DNA from: Microcoleus sp.
Lineage (GTDB): Bacteria > Cyanobacteriota > Cyanobacteriia > Cyanobacteriales > Microcoleaceae
DNA length: 64,000 nt
Assembly: GCA_042408215.1 (NCBI GenBank)
Contig: JAYFMW010000021.1
Coordinates: forward strand, 1 to 64,000
Reading direction: 5' to 3'
The notes under the pieces: generated by a model
Databases searched by the model: none
Told to the model about the DNA's origin: nothing
Seen by the model: the letters and a program-made list of their open reading frames with translations, nothing else
Shown here: piece by piece, positions 20,198-30,692 of the stretch
How the letters are laid out: each line of letters starts with the position of its first letter
Numbering within the stretch: the first letter of the stretch is position 1
Position numbers and translations under genes: made by a program

Positions 20198-21325
20198 TTA
20201 AGAGATTCCCAAAGATTGAATGAATAATTTACTGTAGGGTGCGGATTGTTGTACCTTCGCCAGCGAACCAAATAACTCTTTTCCCCCGAAGATAACTAAT
20301 GTCTTCTGTTTAGAGTCAGGTTGTTGACTCAGCACTTGTGAGTGAACGGACAGAATGCTATCTGAATCAAAACGATAGAAATAGTCCAAGTCGCCGCAAA
20401 GCTCTTCTTTAAGATCCTTGAGAGTGGGGTAAAGTTCTTTACACGGACGCGGTTCGTGACCGATTAAAATCAGTTCATCTGATATTTCCATATTGTGGAG
20501 ATTGATGATGTACATTCTCCCATTACCTGTGTTAATTAAAACGCGATCGTCCGATAGGTAGCACATATAGTAACCAAAACCATCATCCGCATCAGGCCAA
20601 GGCCATTCGCAGAGTCCAAGTATATTGCACTCAGGAAAACTTAATCGACTGAGTTGTCGTTCGCAACTATTTAGAACTAAAAATTCGCCACCAGCGGGAT
20701 GAAATTCTGGAGGGCCTGTTTCGCAGGGAAACGGAATCTCCGCAGCGTGAATTATCAAACCATCATCGTAAACCCAGTAAACTTGCAGTCCATTCTGACC
20801 GGAAGCAGCCCAAAGAGCTAAAATTTGATTTTCTGGGTGTGGCCAAAACGAAAAGGTACTGCCACCAAAAGGGTCTTTGATCAGAAGTGTTCGCTGGATT
20901 TGCCATGAATTAGTATCGCGGATTTGAATTTCGACTTCCTCGAATCCAATTAATTTCATGCACCAAAAACGCAAGCCGTCTGCATCAAACCAGCAGTCCT
21001 GAAATCCATTGTCATTATACACATATGAAAATTTAACAGGAGGGTTAGGTAGTTGTTCTTCAAAAACTAGCTGGTTTTCTGCTGTCACAATTGCTAAATG
21101 ATTGCCATTTGCCATAATTGCTGCCAGCAAATCGCCTTTGGGGCTGATGGCTGAACGGCTAATTGCGTCGGGAAGCTGGTATTCGTATTTTGGTGACAAG
21201 TTGCGATCGCATACAGTGACATTTTGACCGCAACTTGTCGCAATAGCCCACTCGGAATTAGTGGTTTGATTTATAGTCAATATCCAGCCGTCAATTTGTC
21301 TTTCATATTTTGATAAAATCAGCAT
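20198..21325 (-). CDS. Hypothetical protein, possibly beta-propeller-like
   Basis: 375-aa ORF with repeated beta-strand/turn patterns (AISPKGDLLA, FDADGLRFW, FHPAGGEFLV). No family recognised. Confidence 0.6.
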   Translation of the reverse strand: MLILSKYERQIDGWILTINQTTNSEWAIATSCGQNVTVCDRNLSPKYEYQLPDAISRSAISPKGDLLAAIMANGNHLAIVTAENQLVFEEQLPNPPVKFSYVYNDNGFQDCWFDADGLRFWCMKLIGFEEVEIQIRDTNSWQIQRTLLIKDPFGGSTFSFWPHPENQILALWAASGQNGLQVYWVYDDGLIIHAAEIPFPCETGPPEFHPAGGEFLVLNSCERQLSRLSFPECNILGLCEWPWPDADDGFGYYMCYLSDDRVLINTGNGRMYIINLHNMEISDELILIGHEPRPCKELYPTLKDLKEELCGDLDYFYRFDSDSILSVHSQVLSQQPDSKQKTLVIFGGKELFGSLAKVQQSAPYSKLFIQSLGIS

Positions 21326-21616
21326 AGGGATATTTAAATTTACTGGGTTGATAGACTCTATTTTAACTCAAATTTTGCACCATTTTCAATTAACCTGTAG
21401 GGGCGGGTTCACCAATAGCCGATCGGGCGGCAAACAGGTTAAATAAACCCGCCCCCACCCACTCAAATCTTGCACCAATATCAATCTTCAGGAATTTCAC
21501 GCGGGGTGGGGGCGGGTTTTTGAGTCTTTTGGTATCCTTTAAAGCTATTGGTGAACCCGCCCCTACAGTATGGGTGAGAATGGTGTTCTACAGTATTTGC
21601 TGATGCTAAATCCCTA

Positions 21617-24600
21617 TTAATTCGGAGTCTTTCTCGCCGCCTTCTGCACAGGAATAGCCACCGCCTGCGGCTTCTGCTTCGCCCCAAACATATCAAAGAA
21701 ATCGTGCAGCAAAATATAAAAACAGGGAATGATAAACAGCGTCAGCAAAGTCGCCAGCGACAAACCCGAAAACACCACAACCCCCAAAGGTTGCAGAAAC
21801 TCCGAACCCTCTCCAATCCCCAAAGCGAGGGGGAATAAACCCAAAACTGTGGTAATAGTTGTCATCAAAATCGGACGCAAACGTTGAGGTGCAGCCCTGA
21901 GAATTGCTGTGGTGCGATCGACCTTTTCATCTTCCCGAATTTGGTTGGCTAATTCTACCATAATAATGCCGTTATTTACGACAATTCCCACGAGCAAAAT
22001 TGCACCGATCATCACCGTCGCCCCGATCGCAGTTTTGGTCACATACAGCCCGAAAATACCCGCAGCCAACGCCAGCGGCACCGTCAGCAAAATCACCAGC
22101 GGATCAACCAAAGAATTGTACTGCACCGCCATCGTTACAAACACTAAAAAAGTCGCCAACCCGCCCAAAAGTTTGAGCGCAGTTTGCAATTGATTGTTAG
22201 TTTCCGCAGCCGAACTCGGCACAATTCTGACTCCTGGCGGCAACTTCATTTCTGATAAAACTGCATCGACTTGTTTGACAGCATCGCCCAAACTTGCACC
22301 CCGATTTAAGTTGCCAACTATTAAGAAAACTTGCCGCTGATTGAGACGTTGAATTTCTCCCGGCGCTTTGCCGATCGCAATTTTTGCCACATCGCTCAAA
22401 CGGACGATGCTATTATTGCCAGATAAGGGAATTTGTCCGAGTTGGGCGATATTTTTTACAGAAGTGCGATCGAACTGCACGCGCACGTCCACCAAGCGGT
22501 TTCCCCGCTGCACTTGAGTCGGAACAGTACCTTCAATTGCCGTTTGAACTGTCTCCCCAATGTCTTGGGCACTGAGCCCGTACAAAGATGCCCTTTCCCA
22601 ATCGGGACGAATTTGCACTTCAGACTGCGGCGCGTCTCCATCCGGCCGAAACCGCGCTAATTTTACCTTTTCATCTAACTCTTTTAATATCTGACGGCCT
22701 GCTGATTGCAATACTTGTTCACTTGGGCCTTGAATTATGACATCAATTTCGCCACCTCTGACTGGAGAATTGGTTAAAACTAAACCTCTAATCCCTTCTG
22801 GAACCAAGCGCAGTCGAGTGCCTTTGGGAACGTCTATTTTCTTTAATTCCTCAGTCATTCTTTCTGTAAAGGCGATGGTACTTGTACCTTTTTTTAGGGT
22901 AATTGTGCTGCTTCCCCTGAGCAAATTTTCGATCGTATTGTTGCCGAACAGCAGCCCTCCCGCTGTCGTTAAAGTGTACTCTGTTTCTGGCTGTGCGAGC
23001 AGCAGTTTATCGGCGGCTGCAACTACTTTTTGATTGGTTTCCAAGTTAGTCCCCGCAGGAAACAAAGCAAATAATCGTGCTTGACTTGTATTAACTTTCG
23101 GCAAAATTTCTTGGGGAATTTGACCAGCCATTACCCAAGTGCCACCACCTAAAATCACGAAAGCGACTACAATGATAATTAACCGCAAACCCAGCACTTT
23201 TGACAGCATCGAACCGTAGGCGCGCGTAGCATTTTCAAAGCCACGGTTGAAATGTTTGATCGGCCCAAACTCACTGATGCCGCTGGAATAAGACATTCCC
23301 ATCAAGCGAGAAGTCAGCATCGGCACTATAGTTAATGCTACTACCAGGGATGCTGCGACTGCAAAGCTAATTGTTAAAATTAATTCGCTAAACAGCAGGG
23401 AAAAAAAGCCGCCAATTAGCAAAAATGGCAGCACTGATACTAAGTTAGCAGCAGTGGAGGCAACCATTGCTGATTCTACTTCTTGACTCCGCATTACTGA
23501 TTCTTCGATGGTGCGTTCTTTGCGGTCTTTGATTCTGCCTTTTTTTAGATGAGGGTTGTTGTCTAGACCGACTACAATATTTTCTAAAATCACGACGCTG
23601 GTGTCAATTGCCTGACCGATTCCTAATGCTAAACCGCCTAAACTAAACAAGTTCAGCGACAAGCCAAACAAGCGCATTAAAATAATGGCTGCGAGAGTAC
23701 ATAGGGGAATAGTCAGAGAGATAATTAGGGTTTGTCTGAGGGAACCTAAAAAGAACAAAACTGCGATCGCAGCCAACACTGCCCCGGAAACTCCCGCATT
23801 CGCAACATCGGCTAAGGAATTGCGGATGAAGCGGGATTCGTCTAAGGTCGTAACTACTTCCATATCTGCCGAAATTAACCCGGAATTCTGCATTTCTTTG
23901 AGGCGATTTTTCACTCCGTCCACAACCGTAATCGTGTTGGCATCCGGCTGTTTCAAGATGCTGATTTTAACGGCTGGTTTTTGATTGAGAAAAACTTTGA
24001 CTCGCTGTTCTTCTGTGCCGTCATTGACTGTGGCAAAATCGCGCAGGTAAACTCGTTTGGGCGGGTTGGAACCGGATATTTGAAAGGAAATGTTGTTGAT
24101 GTCGGCGGCTGTTTTAAAGCGGCCGATTGTGCGCGTCAGTGGTTCCTTGGATTCTTGGCGCAGTCGGCCGCCGGAAGTATCTAAATTGCGCGATCGCAAA
24201 GCATTGAAAACATCGTTAAGATTAACTCCTAAACTTTGCAATCGATTCAGGTCAATATTAACTTGAATTTCTTCTTGAACGCCGCCGGAAACGTCAACTG
24301 CTGCTACTCCGGGAATTACGTTAATTTCCCTGGCTAATTCGTCATCGGCGAATACGCGCAAATCTACGCCTTGGCGCGAGTCGGAAGTCAGCGCAAATTC
24401 GTACACCGGCTGTTGAGACGGGTCGAATTTAAATAGATTTGGCGATTCAACTGTGTCGGGAAGTCGGTTGCGGATGCGGTTAACGGCGGCTGTGGCGTCG
24501 TTGAGGGCTTGGTTGATGTCGCCCCCTGGTTTGAAGAATAAATCGACGCTGACTTGTCCTTCGCGGGTGCGGGAGAAGACTTGCGTGACTCCTTCTGTGG

Positions 24601-24838
24601 CGGAAAGTCCTTGTTCGAGGGGGCGGGTAATTTCGTCAACTGCTACTTCTGGGGAGACTCCGGGGGCGTCTAGGCGCACGCTGATCCGGGGATAGGTGAT
24701 GGATGGTAGCAAGTCAACGGGTAGTTGGGTGATGTAAAAAATGCCCACAACTATAATCGCCAGTGTCAGCATCAGGGTGCCGATGTGGCGACGAATGGCG
24801 ATCGCGCTAATGCTGAATCCGGTTTTGTCGGGGGTCAT
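21617..24838 (-). CDS. RND efflux permease (AcrB/AcrD/AcrF family)
   Basis: 1073 aa; LPVDLLPSITYP, multiple TM segments, GIVVNNGI, RLRPILMT. Confidence 0.95.
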   Translation of the reverse strand: MTPDKTGFSISAIAIRRHIGTLMLTLAIIVVGIFYITQLPVDLLPSITYPRISVRLDAPGVSPEVAVDEITRPLEQGLSATEGVTQVFSRTREGQVSVDLFFKPGGDINQALNDATAAVNRIRNRLPDTVESPNLFKFDPSQQPVYEFALTSDSRQGVDLRVFADDELAREINVIPGVAAVDVSGGVQEEIQVNIDLNRLQSLGVNLNDVFNALRSRNLDTSGGRLRQESKEPLTRTIGRFKTAADINNISFQISGSNPPKRVYLRDFATVNDGTEEQRVKVFLNQKPAVKISILKQPDANTITVVDGVKNRLKEMQNSGLISADMEVVTTLDESRFIRNSLADVANAGVSGAVLAAIAVLFFLGSLRQTLIISLTIPLCTLAAIILMRLFGLSLNLFSLGGLALGIGQAIDTSVVILENIVVGLDNNPHLKKGRIKDRKERTIEESVMRSQEVESAMVASTAANLVSVLPFLLIGGFFSLLFSELILTISFAVAASLVVALTIVPMLTSRLMGMSYSSGISEFGPIKHFNRGFENATRAYGSMLSKVLGLRLIIIVVAFVILGGGTWVMAGQIPQEILPKVNTSQARLFALFPAGTNLETNQKVVAAADKLLLAQPETEYTLTTAGGLLFGNNTIENLLRGSSTITLKKGTSTIAFTERMTEELKKIDVPKGTRLRLVPEGIRGLVLTNSPVRGGEIDVIIQGPSEQVLQSAGRQILKELDEKVKLARFRPDGDAPQSEVQIRPDWERASLYGLSAQDIGETVQTAIEGTVPTQVQRGNRLVDVRVQFDRTSVKNIAQLGQIPLSGNNSIVRLSDVAKIAIGKAPGEIQRLNQRQVFLIVGNLNRGASLGDAVKQVDAVLSEMKLPPGVRIVPSSAAETNNQLQTALKLLGGLATFLVFVTMAVQYNSLVDPLVILLTVPLALAAGIFGLYVTKTAIGATVMIGAILLVGIVVNNGIIMVELANQIREDEKVDRTTAILRAAPQRLRPILMTTITTVLGLFPLALGIGEGSEFLQPLGVVVFSGLSLATLLTLFIIPCFYILLHDFFDMFGAKQKPQAVAIPVQKAARKTPN

Positions 24839-25112
24839 TTGATTTTAGATTTGGGATTTTGGATTTTGGATTGAAGAGTTGACTCGAACTTTGAATTGTG
24901 GGGCTTGCGACCAAATTCTTTTCGGTCAGGCTTTATTTTCGATCGGGAGCGATCGCATATTTACGGTCCGCACCTTACAATTGCTCTAATAAATCTTAAT
25001 AATATCTCAAGTTTTTTTTAATATTTCTTTAGAGGTAGCCGATCGCCCAAAATAGAGAGCGAGATAAGTGGCGATCGGCTTTTTTATTGACTTTTAGTGG
25101 GGGCGGGTTTAT

Positions 25113-25401
25113 AAGAAATACCCTGAAAACCCTGCGACTTTAGTCCAGGGATGAAAGGGCGTTGCAGGATTTATCCTGCCCATCTTGACAAACTGATTTT
25201 GGTTTGATAAAGTTGTTGAAACTTAGTTGGTGAAAAACCCGACAGTTGCAAGCCGTTAGGCAAAAAAGTAGCCATAGACTCAGTCATGAGCGAGTGGGTA
25301 GTGGGTATCTGACTTACCCTTTAAGAATTCAACTTTGGGCGGATTCATCCCCCAATGTTTGTCCTTAAGAATCCCCGCGTCTTCAGACCGGGGAGTGTCA
25401 A
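25113..25401 (+). mobile_element. Non-autonomous, ORF-less IS200/IS605-type element (candidate stand-alone omega/reRNA locus)
   Basis: Inserted after TTAT. Left hairpin CCCTG..CAGGG; right end GAATCCCCG..CGGGGAGTGTCAA; internal TTGACA-17-TAAAGT. Removing it restores a GGGCGGGTTT...AAACCCGCCCC repeat. Confidence 0.82.
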
Positions 25402-25591
25402 TTATGCTTGTAGCTGCACCGCAATATCTCTGGTAAAACCCGCCCCTTGTGTCTTGAAAGAGGTAGATTGCGATTTGCCGTTGGGTGGGGGCGGGTTTAC
25501 TATATTATGGGTTTTCGGCAATTCTTGTTTGTAAAACCCGCCCCTACAGTCTTATTCCTAATGACTAATGACTGCTGACTAATGACTTCTT

Positions 25592-26194
25592 TCACTGTAC
25601 TTGACTGCCGTGGACGCGGGGGTCGGAACTGCTTGTTTTCACAGGCCCTGTGGGGGGAGTAAAATTAGAAACTTGACCCGTAGCTTGCGCGTGTGGCAAA
25701 TCTTTCCCTGCAATTAAAGCCTCTAAATTAGCTTCCATAATACTGCGTGGCGCTTCGCCGATCGTTTCAGCAACGGCGCTGCCTTTATTGTTTAAATAAA
25801 CAAAGTGTGGAATGCCGTCTACCCGATATTTTGAAACTTCTGGTAGCCATTTATCATTGTCCACATTCAGCATCACAAAATTTAGCGGTTCGGCGTATTT
25901 CTGTTTGATTTCGCTCAAATCCTTTGCCATTGCTTGACAGCTACCGCACCAATTAGCATAAAATTCCATGAGTGTCGGCTTGCCATTGACTAAAGCTGTT
26001 TCCAGAGGTGCGGAGGCTTTGGCCATTGCGGTGAGACTACTTGACGGCGTTTGAGTTCGTATTCCGAAAAATATCGATACTGAAAGGGCGATCGCTGCTA
26101 ACACAATTAATAAGTTTCTGATGCGCGTCGCTGCTTTTGCTTCGGATTTTTTTGGTGCGGGGGCCGCAGTTGATTTTGGCGATTTGGGACTCAT
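25592..26194 (-). CDS. txlA: Membrane-anchored thioredoxin (TxlA/HCF164-like)
   Basis: N-terminal TM helix; EFYANWCGSC; LNVDNDKWLPE; C-terminal DPRxHG. Confidence 0.8.
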   Translation of the reverse strand: MSPKSPKSTAAPAPKKSEAKAATRIRNLLIVLAAIALSVSIFFGIRTQTPSSSLTAMAKASAPLETALVNGKPTLMEFYANWCGSCQAMAKDLSEIKQKYAEPLNFVMLNVDNDKWLPEVSKYRVDGIPHFVYLNNKGSAVAETIGEAPRSIMEANLEALIAGKDLPHAQATGQVSNFTPPTGPVKTSSSDPRVHGSQVQ

Positions 26195-26380
26195 AAAATG
26201 GATTTTGATTTTAATTGTAGGTTTTTTATTTTTAATATCCGTCTCCGATTATACCACATTCTGAGAACACAACACGTTTATAATAAATATTTTGTTAAAC
26301 TTGCGTGCCGCTGACAAATCTCAAGTACGCTAAAAGATCAGAATCAAAAAATTCCCTGTAAATTACCGAGGACTAGAGGC

Positions 26381-26785
26381 GTGAAAAAACGGGTAACGCT
26401 GACGTTTCCCCAACGATCGATCCAAATGCCTGTCACCTACCGACTGGCCAAGGATTTTAATGTTGCTGCCAACATTATCCGCGCTCAGGTGGCTCCGAAT
26501 CAAGTGGGGAAACTGGTGCTAGAGTTATCAGGGGACATCGACCAACTCGAAGCGGCGATCGACTGGCTGCGATCGCAAAACATCGGCGTTTCCCTAGCCA
26601 GCAGGGAAATACTCATAGACGAAGATATCTGCGTTCACTGTGGCTTGTGTACGGGGGTTTGCCCCACAGAAGCCTTGACCCTTGACCCAGAAAGCTTTAA
26701 ACTAACGTTTGCTCGATCGCGCTGTATCGTCTGCGAGCAGTGCATCCCTACTTGTCCGGTGCAAGCTATTTCTACTAACCTGTAG
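26381..26785 (+). CDS. NIL-domain 4Fe-4S ferredoxin
   Basis: NIL-like N-terminus; two CxxCxxCxxxCP motifs; GAGG RBS before the GTG start. Confidence 0.9.
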   Translation: MKKRVTLTFPQRSIQMPVTYRLAKDFNVAANIIRAQVAPNQVGKLVLELSGDIDQLEAAIDWLRSQNIGVSLASREILIDEDICVHCGLCTGVCPTEALTLDPESFKLTFARSRCIVCEQCIPTCPVQAISTNL

Positions 26786-26810
26786 CCCAGCCAAAAATCC
26801 GATCGGTAAG

Positions 26811-27260
26811 ATGAGAAAAAACTCTTGGGTTTCCCTAACTCTACTTTTTGTTACCTACTTCACTTTGGGCTGGAAATTATCTGGCTTTAAGATTCCCTTG
26901 CCGATTGCTTGGCTTTTATCTGTAGCTGCCGTTTTGCTATTAACTGTCCTCTTGTCGTTCCCGCTGAAGGACACAAGAACCTTAATTACCAGGTGGTTTA
27001 AGACTGATACAGGTGCTTTTATGTCTATCATTTTATCAGCTCTTTTTGCAGTTATAGTTGTTACATGGTTGCACCTTTTTGCTACTGGTTTAGTCTTGTT
27101 TTCAGCCGGAGCTTTAGCAAGACTAGACATTCAAATGTCTGGTTTAAAAAAATGGGGTGCTTTTGGGGTATTAGCTGCTGTGTCTATGACTGGCTTGGGG
27201 TTGGGCGGAGCGCTAGATATTTTGTTAAAAAATGGCAGTATCGTGTGGTCACAATTGTAG
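26811..27260 (+). CDS. Hypothetical integral membrane protein
   Basis: Several hydrophobic helices; ATG at 26811 just after the ferredoxin gene. Confidence 0.7.
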   Translation: MRKNSWVSLTLLFVTYFTLGWKLSGFKIPLPIAWLLSVAAVLLLTVLLSFPLKDTRTLITRWFKTDTGAFMSIILSALFAVIVVTWLHLFATGLVLFSAGALARLDIQMSGLKKWGAFGVLAAVSMTGLGLGGALDILLKNGSIVWSQL

Positions 27261-27475
27261 ATTGGGAATGGGGAATGGGGAATGGGGAATTGGGAATGGG
27301 GAATGGGGAATGGGGAATTGGGAATGGGGAATGGGGAATGGGGAATGGGGAATGGGGAATGGGGAATTGGGAATTGGGAATTCGTAATTGGGAATTGGGA
27401 ATTCGTAATTGGGAATTCGTAATTGGGAATTGCTAGTAAATAACCAATAACCAATAACCAATAACCAATAACTAT
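27261..27475. repeat. STRR heptamer tracts (GGGAATG/GGGAATT, then TAACCAA)
   Basis: Direct 7-mer tandem repeats. Confidence 0.95.
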
Positions 27476-27481
27476 TGCAAT

Positions 27482-27505
27482 AAAAAAGCAGCTCGATCGA
27501 GCTGC
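27482..27505 (-). terminator. Intrinsic terminator
   Basis: Palindrome GCAGCTCGATCGAGCTGC followed by T6 on the minus strand. Confidence 0.7.
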
Positions 27506-27905
27506 TCGTCAGAATGCATGAGGTATTGTTTTTAGAATAGAACAGCTTGAATTCGATCGCTGCTGGGTTACATTTTTTGATACGGGAGACTTAATTTTGA
27601 ATGGACGATCGGGAAATCGTCACATAGGAGGATACCATTGGTGCTAAATTTTAGGACAATCTAATTAGCGTTTAACTGTCCTTGCGCCCTACAGCCCGAC
27701 TGCGGTGGGGCCATTTTATTTTTGCCGAGAAGTTAGCAGCGGATTGTAACACATCAAACAGGTCTGCCATTAGTTTTTGTACAAAATCTCCCGATCGCTC
27801 CTCAAACTCATAAAACTTACGCACCGCGTCGGGTGAAATACGGTTAAGAAGGCATATATTGGGCATTCAAACAGATTGATTGAGCGAGAAACTGATTTGC
27901 GCGGC

Positions 27906-28469
27906 TTAATTCACATCGAAGGCCTGGCCCGATCGATTTTTGGATTCGATCACTTTTTCGATTTCCTCGATCGCCCTAGCAGCCACAACTTCCGGCGTTT
28001 CGCTAATATTTGCACAGACTCGGACATCTGCTTGAGCATAGAAACGCTCTCGCTCCTTCAAGAGGGTTTCCAGCTTGGATTTGAGCTCGCCATCCCGCAG
28101 TAGGGGTCGAGTGGTGTCTTCCCGCAGGCGATCGCACAGTTGGTCTACGGGCACATCCAGCCAAACCACTATACCGTGATGCAAGTAACTCCAATTAGTC
28201 AATCGCAAAATAATGCCACCACCCGTAGCAACAATCAAATTTGTATAAGCAGACAATTGGCCAAGCACTTGAGTTTCTAATTCCCGAAATGCCTCCTCTC
28301 CTTGATCCGCAAAAATATCTGCGATCGACTGATTAGCAACTTGAGCAATTACTGCATCAGTATCAAAAAAATGATACTTTAATTTCCTTGCCAAAATGCG
28401 CCCCACCGTTGTTTTCCCCGCGCCCATCATCCCGACGAGATAGAGGTTCACTCCTCTCAATAAATCCAC
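27906..28469 (-). CDS. aroK: Shikimate kinase
   Basis: LVGMMGAGKTT Walker A, FFDTD, GEEAFRELE, ATGGG, RPLL. GGAGG RBS lies 8 nt before GTG 28469. Confidence 0.92.
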   Translation of the reverse strand: MDLLRGVNLYLVGMMGAGKTTVGRILARKLKYHFFDTDAVIAQVANQSIADIFADQGEEAFRELETQVLGQLSAYTNLIVATGGGIILRLTNWSYLHHGIVVWLDVPVDQLCDRLREDTTRPLLRDGELKSKLETLLKERERFYAQADVRVCANISETPEVVAARAIEEIEKVIESKNRSGQAFDVN

Positions 28470-28491
28470 AGTCAAATCCTCCGATATTTTG

Positions 28492-29379
28492 CTATTTTTT
28501 AAGGTTAATCGGCCCGCCACTGGGGCGATCGTCCTCAAACCGATCGTCATCCTCATCCAATCCCCAATCATCCTCATCTTCACTATTATTTTTAGCCACT
28601 TCTGGGCCACCCGTCTCAGGAATCGTCGCCCCTTGGGGGGGAACGATCACCCGATAGTCCGCATCGTAGACAGACTCAGTTTGTCCCACCCCTGATTGGT
28701 TAGGATCGCGATAGCCATAAGAGTAGACTGAGCCTGTCCAGGACTTGCTTTTCGGCTCCTGTTTGACTTCATAATCCCTCGGATTTGCCTCTACAACGTC
28801 ATTTACGGCCGATCGATCGACAATTTCGCGATTTTCCCCCCAATCGTCTTCACCGTCTTGAGAGCCAATTTTAGAGCCACCTGAGACCCAATCGTCATCA
28901 TCATCGGCTGCAACAGAAGTCCCAGCTTGAGCATAAGTTTTCGCGTTACCAGAGTTCGGGGGCCCAACATCCTGCAGGAAAGTCCGAGCATTATAACCAG
29001 TGGGCGTACCGTAATCAGTTCGGTATCCAGAAGCAGGCTGAGTTTCGGTATTTCCCCTAGGGCGATCGGGGTCAATTTCCGGTTTTCTGGGAGGGGGAGA
29101 GGCTGGGTAAGGTGTCCTCTTGTCCGCCGCGAAAGTATTGCGGCCGCCACTGTCGCGGCTGGTGCGCTTTGGCGGTTGAGAAAGGTAATTTGAGAAAGCC
29201 AGCAAGCCAGAAATCAACAAAGATGTGACAACTCCCGCCCCCATGCTGAATAAGATCCAGATAGATAGTGGCACAGCGGGCGATCGCATTCCCAAAAACA
29301 CCAGCGACACCGGATCAACATTTTGTAGGGCGAAAATAGTCAGCCCCACCACAATTACTAGCAAAAATACAGCACGCAT
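28492..29379 (-). CDS. LapA/DUF1049-family membrane protein with an acidic disordered tail
   Basis: [15 protein letters not shown]-terminus with two TM helices; DDW repeats; YDADYRVI. Confidence 0.75.
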   Translation of the reverse strand: MRAVFLLVIVVGLTIFALQNVDPVSLVFLGMRSPAVPLSIWILFSMGAGVVTSLLISGLLAFSNYLSQPPKRTSRDSGGRNTFAADKRTPYPASPPPRKPEIDPDRPRGNTETQPASGYRTDYGTPTGYNARTFLQDVGPPNSGNAKTYAQAGTSVAADDDDDWVSGGSKIGSQDGEDDWGENREIVDRSAVNDVVEANPRDYEVKQEPKSKSWTGSVYSYGYRDPNQSGVGQTESVYDADYRVIVPPQGATIPETGGPEVAKNNSEDEDDWGLDEDDDRFEDDRPSGGPINLKK

Positions 29380-29389
29380 ATTAATAATA

Positions 29390-29727
29390 TTGGGAATGGG
29401 GAATGGGGAATGGGGAATGGGGAATGGGGAATTGGGAATTGGGAATGGGGAATTGGGAATGGGGAATTGGGAATGGGGAATTGGGAATGGGGAATTACTA
29501 ATCCTTTCCTTTTCCTAATAACGAATAACCAATAACGAATAACCAATAACTAATGACTAATGACTACTGACTACTGACTACTGACTAATGACTAATGACT
29601 ACTGACTAATGACTACTGACTACTGACTACTGACTAATGACTAATGACTACTGACTAATGACTAATGACTACTGACTACTGACTACTGACTAATGACTAA
29701 TGACTAATGACTACTGACTAATGACTA
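29390..29727. repeat. STRR heptamer tracts (GGGAATG; TAACCAA/TAACGAA; TGACTAA/TGACTAC)
   Basis: Direct 7-mer tandem repeats. Confidence 0.95.
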
Positions 29728-30366
29728 ATGACTCCCTTCGTCTTCCTTCCAGCGTTTGAGAGGAACGCAATCAATACCCAACTGATCTAAAGTACGAGCC
29801 ACCACAAAGTCTACCAAATCTTCAATAGTTTGCGGATTGTGATACCAAGCAGGAATCGCTGGTACAATTCTAGCTCCAGCTTCCGCCAAGGTAGTCAAAT
29901 TCCGCAGGTGAATCAAGCTAAAAGGCGTTTCGCGAGGCACGAGTACCAATTTTCGCCCTTCCTTGAGCTGAACATCAGCCGCTCTTTCCAGCAAATCCGA
30001 ACTCAAGCCAGCCGCCAACTTGCCCAGTGTACTCATGCTACAGGGAATAATTATCATCCCTTGGCTGCGAAACGAGCCACTAGCAATATTAGCACCGACA
30101 TCTTGCCAGGGATGACACCGGAGTTTACCCATTGTCGGGACTCCCGCTTGTGCCCGCCAGAATTCCTCTTGAAGCGTCGGTTCTGCGGGCATTCGGGTGT
30201 TCTGTTCGCTTTGCCAAACCATGTAGGTAGACTTGGAAGCCACGAGTTCGATCGCGCGATCGGCTTCCAAGAGATATTTGAGAGTTCGCACCGCGTAAAT
30301 CAGTCCCGATGCACCGGTAACTCCTACGATCAGGGGTTGGGCGGGGACTGAAACAGAATTAGTCAT
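29725..30366 (-). CDS. ubiX: Flavin prenyltransferase UbiX
   Basis: GVTGASG, IASGS, PCSMSTL, RAADVQLKEGRKLVLVPRETP. Confidence 0.93.
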   Translation of the reverse strand: MTNSVSVPAQPLIVGVTGASGLIYAVRTLKYLLEADRAIELVASKSTYMVWQSEQNTRMPAEPTLQEEFWRAQAGVPTMGKLRCHPWQDVGANIASGSFRSQGMIIIPCSMSTLGKLAAGLSSDLLERAADVQLKEGRKLVLVPRETPFSLIHLRNLTTLAEAGARIVPAIPAWYHNPQTIEDLVDFVVARTLDQLGIDCVPLKRWKEDEGSH

Positions 30367-30437
30367 GGGCAACGATCCAGCAATAAGCTCACTAATTATA
30401 GCGCGATCGAATTACCCCAACATTGCCGATTCAATAT

Positions 30438-30574
30438 TATAGCAATCCTAAATCAGTTGTGTAATTGTTGTAGGGGCAATCCGACCCCTACTCCCCGTGG
30501 TTGCCCGCTTATGTTGGGGTAGGCACGGGGGCACTACCCCTACAAATCCTCATGAATGATTTAGGATTGCTATA
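30438..30574. mobile_element. MITE with TATAGCAATCCTAAATCA terminal inverted repeats enclosing a GTAGGGG...CCCCTAC repeat
   Basis: 18-bp perfect TIR with TA ends; internal palindromic repeat. Confidence 0.8.
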
Positions 30575-30692
30575 GTTATCTACTTCTGCCTTCTTCCTTC
30601 TCTTTTCTTCCTTCGCGTCCTTCGCGTCTTCGCGGTTCGTTCAATAATACTAATTCTTCGGGCCCGAAAGCACTAAAGTTATGAATGTCGCC

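Noticed and set aside
28470..28610. N-terminal extension of aroK (and similar extensions of ndbB, 7119, 14902, 38407, 56107)
   Set aside because: The extensions overlap neighbouring genes or repeats; downstream starts fit the RBS and family N-termini better.
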